The translations under genes and the position numbers were made by a program. DNA of 57,461 nucleotides, the filler included, from Nemertoderma westbladi (lineage: Eukaryota; Animalia; Xenacoelomorpha), in assembly GCA_032718475.1 (NCBI GenBank). It is 3 parts of 3 records of this genome, joined end to end, with 100 filler letters (N's around TTAATTAATTAA, not from the genome) between each part and the next. Parts side by side here need not be neighbours in the genome. Positions count along the whole stretch, not along the records: positions 35,452 to 57,461 come from JAUCBJ010004380.1; 2 more parts are not named here. The stretch is one strand, 5' to 3'. The notes beneath the pieces are model-generated. The model searched no databases. It had not been told where the DNA came from and worked only from the letters and a program-made list of their open reading frames with translations. Shown piece after piece: positions 38,747 to 50,135 of the stretch; within the stretch, counting starts at the first letter, position 1; each line of letters begins with the position of its first letter.

Positions 38747-39662
38747 GATAGGAGTAGCGCCCACCCCTACCTTCGGGTAGCAGATAGGAGTAGCGCCCAC
38801 ACATACCTTCGGGTAGCAGATAGGAGTAGCTACCACCCCTACCTTCGGGTAGCAGATAGGAGTAGCGCCCACACATACCTTCGGGTAGCAGATAGGAGTA
38901 GCGACCACCCCTACCTTCGGGTAGCAGATAGGAGTAGCGCCCACCCCTACCTTCGGGTAGCAGATAGGAGTATCGACCACACTACCCTCGGGTAGCATAT
39001 ATGAGTACCGCCCACCCCTACCTTCGGGTAGCAGATAGGAGTAGCGCCCAGCCCTACCTTCGGGTAGCAGATAGGAGTAGCGTCTACCCCTACCTTCGGG
39101 TAGCAGATAGGAGTAGCATCTACCCCTACCTTCGGGTAGCAGATAGGAGTATCACTCACCCCTACCCTCGGGTAGAAGATGGGGTAGCGCCCACCCCTAC
39201 CTTCGGGTAGCAGATAGGAGTAGTGTCTACCCCTACCTTCGGGTAGCAGATAGGAGTAGCACCCACCCCTACCTTCAGGTAGCAGATAGGAGTAGCGCCC
39301 ACACATGCCTTCGGGTAGCAGATAGGAGTAGCGCCCAGCCCTACCACCCCTACCTTCGCGTAGCAGATAGGAGTAGCACCCACCCCTACCTTCGGGTTGC
39401 AGATAGGAGTAGCACCCACCCCTACCTTCGGGTTGCAGATAGGAGTAGCGCCCACCCCTACCCTCGGGTAGCAGATAGGAGTAGCGCCCACCCCTACCTT
39501 CGGGTTGCAGATAGGAGTAGCGCCCACCCCTACCCTCGGGTAGCAGATAGGAGTAGCGCCCACACATGCCTTCGGGTAGCAGATATGAGTAGCACCCACC
39601 CCTACCTTCGGGTAGCAGATAGGAGTAGCGCCCACCCTTACCTTCGGGTAGCAGATAGGAGT
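38747..39662. repeat. 36-bp minisatellite, about 25 copies
   Basis: Unit GATAGGAGTAGCGCCCACCCCTACCTTCGGGTAGCA. Confidence 0.97.
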
Positions 39663-40310
39663 TTAATGGTATGCGTGCATTGGTGGGAGTCCTACTATAT
39701 TTAACGGTATGCGTGCATTAATGGGAGTCCTAATCTATTTAACGGTATGCGTGCATTAGTGGGCGACCTACTCTATTTAACGGTATGCGTGCATTAGTGG
39801 GAGTCCTACTCTATTTAACGGTATGCGTACATTAGTGGGAGTCCTAATCTATTTAACGGTATGCGTGCATTAGTGGGAGTCCTACTCTATTTAACGGTAT
39901 GCGTACATTAGTGGGAGTCCTACTCTATTTAACGGTATGCGTGCATTAGTGGGAGTCCTACTCTATTTAACGGTATGCGTGCATTAGTGGGAGTCCTACT
40001 CTATTTAACGGTATGCGTACATTAGTGGGCGACCTACTCTATTTAACGGTATGCGTACATTAGTGGGAGTCCTAATCTATTTAACGGTATGCGTACATTA
40101 GTGGGAGTCCTACTCTATTTAACGGTATTCGTGCATTAGTGGGAGTCCTACTCTATTTAACGGTATTCGTACATTAGTGGGAGTCCTACTCTATTTAACG
40201 GTATGCGTGCATTAGTGGGAGTCCTACTCTATTTAACGGTATGCGTACATTAGTGGGAGTCCTACTCTATTTAACGGTATGCGTACATTAGTGGGAGGCC
40301 TACTCTATTT
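39663..40310. repeat. 38-bp minisatellite, about 17 copies
   Basis: Unit CTCTATTTAACGGTATGCGTGCATTAGTGGGAGTCCTA. Confidence 0.97.
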
Positions 40311-40326
40311 ATGATTTCTATTTCAG

Positions 40327-40526
40327 CAATACTTTACGCAATGATTTTTGGAAATGTTACCACTATTTATCAGCAATTGAATTCCACATCAGCGCGTTAC
40401 CACGAGATGTTGAGTAATATGCGAGAGTTTATGATCCTGCACAACATTCCTCGATCCTTGACAGAGCGGGTCATGGATTACATTGTCAGCTCCTGGGCTA
40501 TTAATAAAGGAATTAATTACGAAAAG
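40327..40526 (+). CDS. eag: Ether-a-go-go (Kv10, KCNH1/5-type) K+ channel exon: S6 and C-linker
   Basis: TTTCAG| ...ILYAMIFGNVTTIYQQ...RYHEML...ERVMDYIVSSWAINKGINYEK |GTGGAG. 200 nt, phase-1 start. Confidence 0.95.
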
Positions 40527-41051
40527 GTGGAGCTTATTGCTATAATATCTTTCGTTTTTTATTAATAAAAATTACTAAAATAAACTTATGTTTAACAAAT
40601 CTATTATAATGAATTAATGAATGGGAGAATATGTTAGGCTCGTTATGCCTATGAATGCCTGTTCACCGCCATGAATGAATGTTCATGAGTGATCCTCCCC
40701 AGTAAAGAATTAGTCACAAATTAGTCTGCAATTTAAATTTCCCGTTTTCTTTAATTAGTAAATTTTTTTCAATTTTTAAAACTCTCCTTTGTGTGTGTTT
40801 TTGTGAGTGTTTGTTTTTAACGTACTGTATATTATTGTTTGTTTAATATTTGTATAAGTTTGTCTAACGTGGCATATTCATGGTATGTAGGAATGTTGGA
40901 CGTGTGATGATGACCAGTAACGTGTTTTGTATGAGTTTTGGTCGGTGGGGGGGTGGTTGGTATGTGCGTGTACCATCATTTGTGTGTACGCCCAACAATA
41001 TACTGTAATAAGACCTAATTCTTTTTAATTAATTCAAATTAATATTTTCAG

Positions 41052-41304
41052 GTTTTGAGTTATTGTCCCAAAGACATGCGGGCTGATCTGTGTGTGCACA
41101 TGAATCGTGTTGTATTCAACAGTCACGGAGCATTCCGACTAGCCAGTGAAGGCTGTCTACGCGCCTTGGCTATAAACATTGAATTAACCCACAATGCACC
41201 TGGTGACCTTATCTACCATGTTGGGGAGAGTATAGACCAACTGTGTTTCATTGTGTCCGGCTCATTGGAAGTAATACAAGATGATGAAGTCATCGCTATT
41301 CTTA
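41052..41304 (+). CDS. eag: eag exon: C-linker and CNBHD
   Basis: TTTCAG| [19 protein letters not shown]...[13 protein letters not shown]...[12 protein letters not shown]...[15 protein letters not shown] |GTTAGT. 253 nt. Confidence 0.95.
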
Positions 41305-41499
41305 GTTAGTAATTAATTCATTTATTTATTAGTCGTTGAGTTACAAACGGAGACGAAACGGTACTATGTAGCTGGGAGGAAGAGGCGTTCCTAACTAAAT
41401 ATCCACTGGGAATCCGCAACACAACCTGGATTTGGCTACCATTTAAAGGATACAAGGCATAAATGCGCCCTAACTACCCCCTTTAGAGCATTCGTCCGG

Positions 41500-42093
41500 A
41501 AGCGAAAACTACTCTGGTCCCAAAACTACGGGGATCGAACACACGACCTGGAGAGGAGATAAGAGATGTTCGAAAACTACACTAGTCCTAACAATATGGG
41601 GATCAAACACACGACCTGGAGAGGAGATAAGAGATGTGCGAAAAGTACCCCGGTCCAAAAAATATGGGGATCGAACACACGACCTGGAGAGGAGATAAGA
41701 GATGTGCGAAAACTACACTGGTCCTAAAAATATGGGGATCGAACACACGACCTGGAGAGGAGATAAGAGATGTGCGAAAACTACACTGGTCCTAAAAATA
41801 TGGAGATCGAACACACGACCTGGAGAGGAGATAAGAGATGTGCGAAAACTACACTGGTCCTAAAAATATGGGGATCGAACACACGACCTGGAGAGGAGAT
41901 AAGAGATGTGCGAAAACTACACTGGTCCTAAAAATATGGAGATCGAACACACGACCTGGAGAGGAGATAAGAGATGTGCGAAAACTACACTGGTCCTAAA
42001 AATATGGGGATCGAACACACGACCTGGAGAGGAGATAAGAGACGTGAATCTCTTGTGATGTGAAATCAAGGCAATCAATTTAACCACTACGCC
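41500..42093 (-). repeat. 68-bp tandem repeat (about 8 copies) derived from an antisense tRNA-SINE head
   Basis: On the minus strand each unit has AGGTCGTGTGTTCGATCCCC (B-box). A single A-box-like GGCGTAGTGGTT lies at ~42082-42093. Confidence 0.8.
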
Positions 42094-42480
42094 GATTCTG
42101 GATTACGATGGTGATCTACGAATACAACACCCTTTGTAGCCAACCATACAGCATAATACGATTATAGGTCTGCCCAAAATCCCAGCCTATCATCAATAAT
42201 GAGATGCGTGAATGGCCCTAGTTTGTGGTGCTGCTTCCGCAGTAGATAGTTAGTAAGGTAGCCACTTCCTCCTAGTTCCCAGTTTCTTTCCCCTTTGGAA
42301 AATATTTCGTAACACTCTATTAGTAAGCCTTAGTTCATAACCATGGTTATGTGTTTGAACGTGATTCTGGTATGTTGATATAGCGGTTCAGGCGAATTAC
42401 TTAGTGGGTCTACAATACAATATAGAGTTATCGAGGTCAAAACCTCGATAATTCTAACTAAATAATATTTATATTCCTAG

Positions 42481-42677
42481 GTAAAGGTGACATATTCGGC
42501 GACCTGTTTTGGAAGGAGCCTATATTAGGGCAATCAGCTGTTTATGTGCGAGCCCTAACCTACTCCGATATGCACTGCATCAATAGAGATAAACTATTAG
42601 AGGTGTTGCGATTCTACCAAGCCTTTTCTGTTAGCTTCGCTCGAAATCTGGTTCTCACCTACAACATCAGACATAGA
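42481..42677 (+). CDS. eag: eag exon: CNBHD C-terminal half (missed by the ORF track)
   Basis: CCTAG| [65 protein letters not shown] |GTAAGT. 197 nt, phases fit the neighbouring exons. Confidence 0.95.
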
Positions 42678-45600
42678 GTAAGTTATTCTCACCTACAACA
42701 TCAGACATAGAGTAAGTTATTCTCACCTACAACATCAGACATAGAGTAAGTTATTCTCACCTACAACATCAGACTTAGAGTAAGTTTTTCTCACCTACAA
42801 CATCAGACGTAGAGTAAGTTATTCTCACTTACAACATCAGACATAGAGTAAGTTTTTCTCACCTACAACATCAGACATAGAGTAAGTTTTTCTCACCTAC
42901 AACATCAGACATAGAGTAAGTTATTCTCACTTACAACATCAGACATAGAGTAAGTTATTCTCACCAACAACATCAGACATAGAGTAAGTTTTTCTCACCT
43001 ACAACATCAGACATAGAGTAACTTATTCTCACCTACAACATCAAACATAAGATTAAGTTATTCTCACCTACAACATCAGACATAGAGTAAGTTTTTCTCA
43101 CCTACAACATCAGACATAGAGTAACTTATTCTCACCTACAACATCAAACATAGAGTAAGTTATTCTCACCTACAACATCAGACATAGAGTAAGTTATTAT
43201 CACCTACAACATCAGACATAGAATAAGTTATTCTCACCTACAACATCAGACATAGAATAAGTTATTCTCACCTACAACATCAAACATAGAGTAAGTTATT
43301 TTCAACTAGAACATCAACCATAGAGTAAGTTATTCTCACCTACAACATCAAACGTAGAGTAAGTTATTCTCACCTACAACATCAGACATAGAGTAAGTTT
43401 TTCTCACTTACAACATCAGACATAGAGTAACTTATTCTCACCTACAACATCAGATATAGAGTAAGTTTTTCTCACCTACAACATCAGACATAGAGTAACT
43501 TATTCTCACCTACAACATCAGACATAGAGTAAGTTTTTCTCACCTACAACATCAGACATAGAGTAACTTATTCTCACCTACAACATCAGACATAGAGTAA
43601 GTTTTTCTCACCTACAACATCAGACATAGAGTAAGTTATTCTCACCTACAACATCAGACATATAGTAAGTTATTCTCACGTACAACATCAGACATAGAGT
43701 AAGTTTTTCTCACTTACAACATCAGACATATAGTAAGTTATTCTCACTTACAACATCAGACATAGAGTAAGTTATTCTCACCAACAACATCAGACATAGA
43801 GTAAGTTTTTCTCACCTACAACATCAGACATAGAGTAACTTATTCTCACCTACAACATCAAACATAAGATTAAGTTATTCTCACCTACAACATCAGACAT
43901 AGAGTAAGTTTTTCTCACCTACAACATCAGACATAGAGTAAGTTATTCTCACCTACAACATCAGACATATAGTAAGTTATTCTCACGTACAACATCAGAC
44001 ATAGAGTAAGTTTTTCTCACTTACAACATCAGACATATAGTAAGTTATTCTCACTTACAACATCAGACATAGAGTAAGTTATTCTCACCAACAACATCAG
44101 ACATAGAGTAAGTTTTTCTCACCTACAACATCAGACATAGAGTAACTTATTCTCACCTACAACATCAAACATAAGATTAAGTTATTCTCACCTACAACAT
44201 CAGACATAGAGTAAGTTTTTCTCACCTACAACATCAGACATAGAGTAACTTATTCTCACCTACAACATCAGACATAGAGTAAATTTTTCTCACCTACAAC
44301 ATCAGACATAGAGTAACTTATTCTCACCTACAACATCAGACATAGAGTAAGTTTTTCTCACCTACAACATCAGACATAGAGTAAGTTATTCTCACCTACA
44401 ACATCAGACATATAGTAAGTTATTCTCACGTACAACATCAGACATAGAGTAAGTTTTTCTCACTTACAACATCAGACATATAGTAAGTTATTCTCACTTA
44501 CAACATCAGACATAGAGTAAGTTATTCTCACCAACAACATCAGACATAGAGTAAGTTTTTCTCACCTACAACATCAGACATAGAGTAACTTATTCTCACC
44601 TACAACATCAAACATAAGATTAAGTTATTCTCACCTACAACATCAGACATAGAGTAAGTTTTTCTCACCTACAACATCAGACATAGAGTAACTTATTCTC
44701 ACCTACAACATCAAACATAGAGTAAGTTATTCTCACCTACAACATCAGACATAGAGTAAGTTATTATCACCTACAACATCAGACATAGAATAAGTTATTC
44801 TCACCTACAACATCAGACATAGAATAAGTTATTCTCACCTACAACATCAAACATAAAGTAAGTTATTCTCAACTAGAACATCAACCATAGAGTAAGTTAT
44901 TCTCACCTACAACATCAAACGTAGAGTAAGTTATTTTCACCTACAACATCAGACATAGAGTAAGTTTTTCTCACCTACAACATCAGACATAGAGTAACTT
45001 ATTCTCACCTACAACATCAGATATAGAGTAAGTTTTTCTCACCTACAACATCAGACATAGAGTAACTTATTCTCACCTACAACATCAGACATAGAGTAAG
45101 TTTTTCTCACCTACAACATCAGACATAGAGTAACTTATTCTCACCTACAACATCAAACATAGAGTAAGTTATTCTCACCTACAACATCAGACATATAGTA
45201 AGTTATTCTCACGTACAACATCAGACATAGAGTAAGTTTTTCTCACTTACAACATCAGACATATAGTAAGTTATTCTCACCTACAACATCAGACATATAG
45301 TAAGTTATTCTCACCTACAACATCAGACATAGAAGAAGTTATTCTCACCTACAACATCAAACATAGAGTACGTTATTCTCACCTACAACATCAGACATAG
45401 TATAAGTTATTCTCACCTACAACATCAGACATAGAATAAGTTATTCTCACCTACAACATCAAACATAGAGTAAGTTATTCTCACCTACAACATCAAACAT
45501 AAAGTAAGTTATTCTCACCTACAACATCAGACATAGAGTAAGTTATTCTCACCTACAACATCAGACATAGAATAAGTTATTCTCACCTACAACATCAAAC

Positions 45601-45895
45601 ATAGAGTAAGTTATTCTCACCTACAACATCAAACATAGAGTAAGTTATTCTCAACTAGAACATCAACCACAGAGTAAGTTATTCTCACCTACAACATCAA
45701 ACGTAGAGTAAGTTATTCTCACCTACAACATCAAACATAGAGCAAGTTATTCTCAACTAGAACATCAACCATAGAGTAAGTTATTCTCACCTACAACATC
45801 AGACATAGAGTAAGTGATTCTCATCTACAACATCAGACATAGAGTAAGTGATTCTCATCTACGACATCAGACATAGAGTAAGCTATTCTCATCTA
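42652..45895. repeat. 34-bp minisatellite, about 95 copies, made of the exon end plus the splice donor
   Basis: Unit TTCTCACCTACAACATCAGACATAGA|GTAAGTTA. The first copy overlaps the exon. Confidence 0.98.
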
Positions 45896-46089
45896 TAACG
45901 TGTCTATCTAGCAACTAAACCTCCTGTTTATTTTTAGATTTTTATATATAATTCAGGTGTCATTGCAAATTGTAATTGACTTCATTTCAAATTCCGATGC
46001 TTTTATCTGACTTAGTCGTAGCTATATATTGGAAAAATGTTATTATTATTAATGATCAAAATTCTTGTATTTATTATTTTCATATTCAG

Positions 46090-46605
46090 ACAAGATTTAA
46101 GAAAATCAAGGATGCTATTCGAGAGAAAGAAGAAGATGAGATGATGAAACATGAAGCTTCGCCAAACATTCCGATGGACCATCCTGTCCGCAAACTCTTC
46201 ACAAAGTTCAGAAAACTCAACGATATAGAGAGCCAAAAGGGTTCGAGTTCTCTCGCTGAAACTCACCTTAAAAAGGAACCCGTATTGAACTCTACCAAGG
46301 AGACGTTGCCCAGTGTCCCTAGCAGCGAGGACCTAGAATCTCTGGGCCAATCGGAGAGCTCGGTTCCTGGGGAGCCTTCCCAGTTGAACCACCTAGTGGG
46401 CGAGTTGCGAACGCGACGACGGCGGAGTATCTGGGCCGATAAACTCGGAATGCAGACGGTCGGTACAGAAGGGACAGGTCGACTGAGTCGCAGGATGTCT
46501 CTACCTCCCGACGAACCGGTTATATTACCCAAGAAACACAGATCTCCGTACATGACTCTAGAATCGAAATCGAGACGGAAGACGGAAAAGAAACGAATTA
46601 ACGAG
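46090..46605 (+). CDS. eag: eag exon: post-CNBHD region with calmodulin-binding-type segments
   Basis: TTCAG| TRFKKIKDAIREKEE...PMDHPVRKLFTKFRK...INE |GTAAGT. 516 nt, phase 0/0. Confidence 0.92.
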
Positions 46606-47144
46606 GTAAGTTTAGGAATCTATTAAACCAGTATTTCCCACCCAAGCTGACAATTATAAGTGTACCATGATGCTGCCGGCAAAACATCTTCAAACCTTCC
46701 CGCTAATTCTGGATATAGAGGGATTATTCAAACTTCTTCCAAACAATAAATAAACTATAAGTTACGCCATGGTTTTTCGATAAATTCATTGCTGATGTCA
46801 GTTTTAACTTTTCATAGAATTTAGACGGTACATCTGTGTGGATGACAGTTTGTCTTTTTGTCTGTCTAAAAATACGGGCACAACTAACTAGAATGTTCAG
46901 GTTTCAGATTTTCCTGGTCAGTAATTTCATTCCGGTCCGGTAATCTACTTTCATTCATCCAGATATAGATACTGTCTGTAGGTTTGTCGGTATGTAAATA
47001 ACGAGGACCCACGCAGATCACATAACTATTATCTTCTGTAGATATTGGGGGTTTTCCCGGTTGCTTATTTCATTTCCGATTGTGGAACAAAATATTTAAT
47101 CCATAATAATGATGGTAAAACTTAAAGTATAAAGATAATAAGCA

Positions 47145-47368
47145 TTGACATGTTAATAACTTTGTCGGATTTAAAGCTGCCGAGTTGAAATTTTGGCGGC
47201 AGCAATAAGAACGAAAGTTGAGATTTTTTATAGTGACTTTCAGACACAATCAGTTCAATAGTCTCTCACTAGAGAACTATAGACTGTCTATACATTAAAT
47301 GTCATCCCATGTCTTTGCTTTTAATCCGTTCCAGCTGGAACTTGGCATATTTGCATTAGACCATTATA
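47145..47368 (+). repeat. Diverged partial copy of the 315-bp unit
   Basis: TTGACATGTTAATAACTTTGTCGGATTTAAAGCTGCC...TTAGACCATT matches 47785-48000. Confidence 0.8.
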
Positions 47369-47650
47369 TATATACTCGCCCACATAAGCGCATACCAGAC
47401 TAGCTGGTATTTATTGATAAAATTGTAACAATTATACGATTATGCCGGTTGCACTATCATAAAATCATAGTAAAACTATCAATATCACATCACTACTAAA
47501 TTATTAAATATAAGTCATTAGTCATTAGTTGGCTAAAATAAAGCTAAAATATGGCACCAGTAATTATACAATCAATGTGAGATACGTTTCATATAGTAAA
47601 GGGACGACACGTTATAATAAATATTAATTAAAATGGTTATAGCGACAGTA

Positions 47651-48952
47651 TATGTGGGGCGAGCCACGAAGTTGGCGGAGCCTTAGCGAATTGACACTGT
47701 TAGGGGGTGGGTCAATTTATGCAAATAGTTGTCGTCGTCGTCGTTGTCGTCGTCGTCGTCGTCGTCGTTGTCGTCGTTACGATTTTGACATGCTAATAAC
47801 TTTGTCGGATTTAAAGCTGCCAAGTTGAAAATTTGTAGGTATCAATATGAGCAAAAGTTGAGATTTTTGAGAGACTTTCAGACACCATCAGTGCAATGGT
47901 CTCCCGCTAGAGGGCCACATGTCTAAACATTAAATGCCCTCCCATTTCTTTGCTTTTAATCCGTTTAAGCTGAAACTTGGCAGATATGTATTAGACCATT
48001 AGCTGTGACTTTCAAAGGAGGCGAATCCATCTGCAGTTCTCCAGTCTGCCGCTAGAGGGCCAAAGGTCTGAAAGTGAAATCGTTGTCGTCGTTACGATTT
48101 TGACATGCTAATAACTTTGTCGGATTTAAAGCTGCCAAGTTGAAAATTTGTAGGTATCAATATGAGCCAAAGTTGAGAGTTTTGAGAGACTTTCAGACAC
48201 CATCAGTGCAATGGTCTCCCGCTAGAGGGCCACATGTCTAAACATTAAATGCCCTCCCATTTCTTTGCTTTTAATCCGTTTAAGCTGAAACTTGGCAGAT
48301 ATGTATTAGACCATTAGCTGTGACTTTCAAAGGAGGCGAATCCATCTGCAGTTCTCCAGTCTGCCGCTAGAGGGCCAAATGTCTGAAAGTGAAATCGTTG
48401 TCGTCGTTATGATATTGACATGCTTATAACTTTGTCGAATTTAAAGCTGCCAAGTTGAAAATTTGTTTTGTTGAAAATCAGTTCAACAGTCACCCGCTAT
48501 AGGACTACTTTATGCCTGAAAGTGAATAGATTCTCCCGTCTCATTGATTTTAATCAGTTTAAGCTGAATCTTGCCATATATTCTGGACCACATGCTGCGT
48601 CTTTGTGGGGGGGGGGGGGGGGGGGGGGGGAGATTTAATCGGTCTGCCGCTATACGACGAAATTTCTGAAAGTGAGATCCGTCTCTCATTTCGTTATCCG
48701 TTATTCAAGATGAAACTTGGCCGATGTACGTATGTACTATTCATCCATAGGCTGTGTCTTTGTGGGGCTGGAGACCCTAATCCATCTTCAGTTCTCACTA
48801 TACCGCTAGAGTCAGAAATGTCTGAATAGAAATGAAAGAGGTAAAAAGTGATTAGGCGAAATCTGCTTAAAATTTGCTAATACAGTAATACTTTCGAATT
48901 AGTACTTAAATTAAATTTAAGTCACGTGCTGCGCGAAGGCCCCACTTCGTGT
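47651..48952 (+). mobile_element. Helentron/DINE-like element, second copy (inverted relative to 33576-35058)
   Basis: TATGTGGGGCGAGCCACGAAGTTGG...(GTC)n...315-bp units...GGCCCCACTTCGTGT. Confidence 0.78.
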
Positions 48953-49459
48953 TTATATACGGTTCGAATTAACACCAATTAAGAGTAAGCAATACAGGAA
49001 CAAACTTAAAACCCGTAAAATTGTAATATTCTATTATGTTTAGTTCATACATGCAGTTCATAGCAATTCTTTACGAAATTAGCACAAATTATGTCGTCAA
49101 GCGAGTTATTATTGCCAGTTTGAAATCCTGTCATAAGTGCAAGTTTGTCAAATTCACATGTTAGTATTGACCACATAGAAGGGATTTGGTACGTTTCCTT
49201 TGCTCGTCTGTAGGTTCCCATAAGGCCCCTGTATAACGTACGGGATGTCGCGTTATCCATAGCGATATATCGGAAGCATTGTAGAATTTGTTAATCGATT
49301 TTCCCTTTATCAGAACGAAATGTAACCCAGTAAAATTTATGGAGGAAGAAAAATAAAGTGGAGTTTAGGAGGCCCTATAGAATATGTTTTATGCTACCTA
49401 GAATTAATTTATATATTTATTACATTAAATTACAATAATTATATATTTCTCTATCGCAG

Positions 49460-50119
49460 TTGAAGGAATCATCCCGGGGTGAGACTGCGGCTGTGGTCGA
49501 GGCCCATCATGTCGCCCTGGAAGACAACCAATCAGGGAGCAGCAGTAGCGAGTGCTCTGCGCCACCCAGCGGATCCGAAGGAAATTCCTTTCAATTTGAA
49601 CCTTCAGAAATTCTCTCCAATTTAGTAACTATTCGAAACGACATCAAATCCGATATGGGTAACCTAGGTAACAAACTCAATCATCTTGACAATCAAATTG
49701 GTTATCTGTTTAAATTACTCGGAAATCATTCATTACAAATACTCACCCAAAACGTTGGAGGCGCTTCTAGTTCTAATGACGGGAATTTGTCTCGAATCGA
49801 CGACGTTTCTGCGGAAACATCTCCGGTCGAATCGACGCGGGAAATTCGAAATGGAATTAATGCAAGTTCTTCCGAATTAAGCGAAAACTTTCCGAATACT
49901 AATGGAGAACTAATGAATAATCCAACAGTTGACCGTCCTAAGGAAGGCGGCCCGGGTGATGACGTAGCGGAAATACACACTATCCGTATTGACAGCGAAA
50001 CAACAGACCCGCCGTCTGGGTATGTAAACTACGATTTAGATCCAACTCAAGCAGTGCCACCTAATAGTCAATCGGAATTGGACGACGAACATTCTAGAAT
50101 TCATCACCCGAGATTATAA
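49460..50119 (+). CDS. eag: eag last coding exon, with the tetramerising coiled coil
   Basis: TCGCAG| phase 0. Heptad segment ILSNLVTIRNDIKSDMGNLGNKLNHLDNQIGYLFKLL. TAA at 50117-50119. Confidence 0.85.
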   Translation: MKESSRGETAAVVEAHHVALEDNQSGSSSSECSAPPSGSEGNSFQFEPSEILSNLVTIRNDIKSDMGNLGNKLNHLDNQIGYLFKLLGNHSLQILTQNVGGASSSNDGNLSRIDDVSAETSPVESTREIRNGINASSSELSENFPNTNGELMNNPTVDRPKEGGPGDDVAEIHTIRIDSETTDPPSGYVNYDLDPTQAVPPNSQSELDDEHSRIHHPRL

Positions 50120-50135
50120 ATTTTAATTCATTAAA

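Noticed and set aside
38717-39635. Repetitive ORFs (GATPICYPKVGV, RYSYLLPEGRGG) and the similar 56388-56733 ORFs
   Set aside because: By-products of 36-bp and 30-bp tandem units whose lengths are multiples of 3.
38747-45895. 34-38-bp repeat arrays resembling CRISPR repeat lengths
   Set aside because: Units are head-to-tail with no unique spacers, there are no cas genes, and the context is a spliceosomal gene.
42678-45895. Recursive splice sites or microexons in the donor array
   Set aside because: No AG|GT junction in the unit, and a CAG|ACATAGA|GT microexon would need 27-nt introns between adjacent units.
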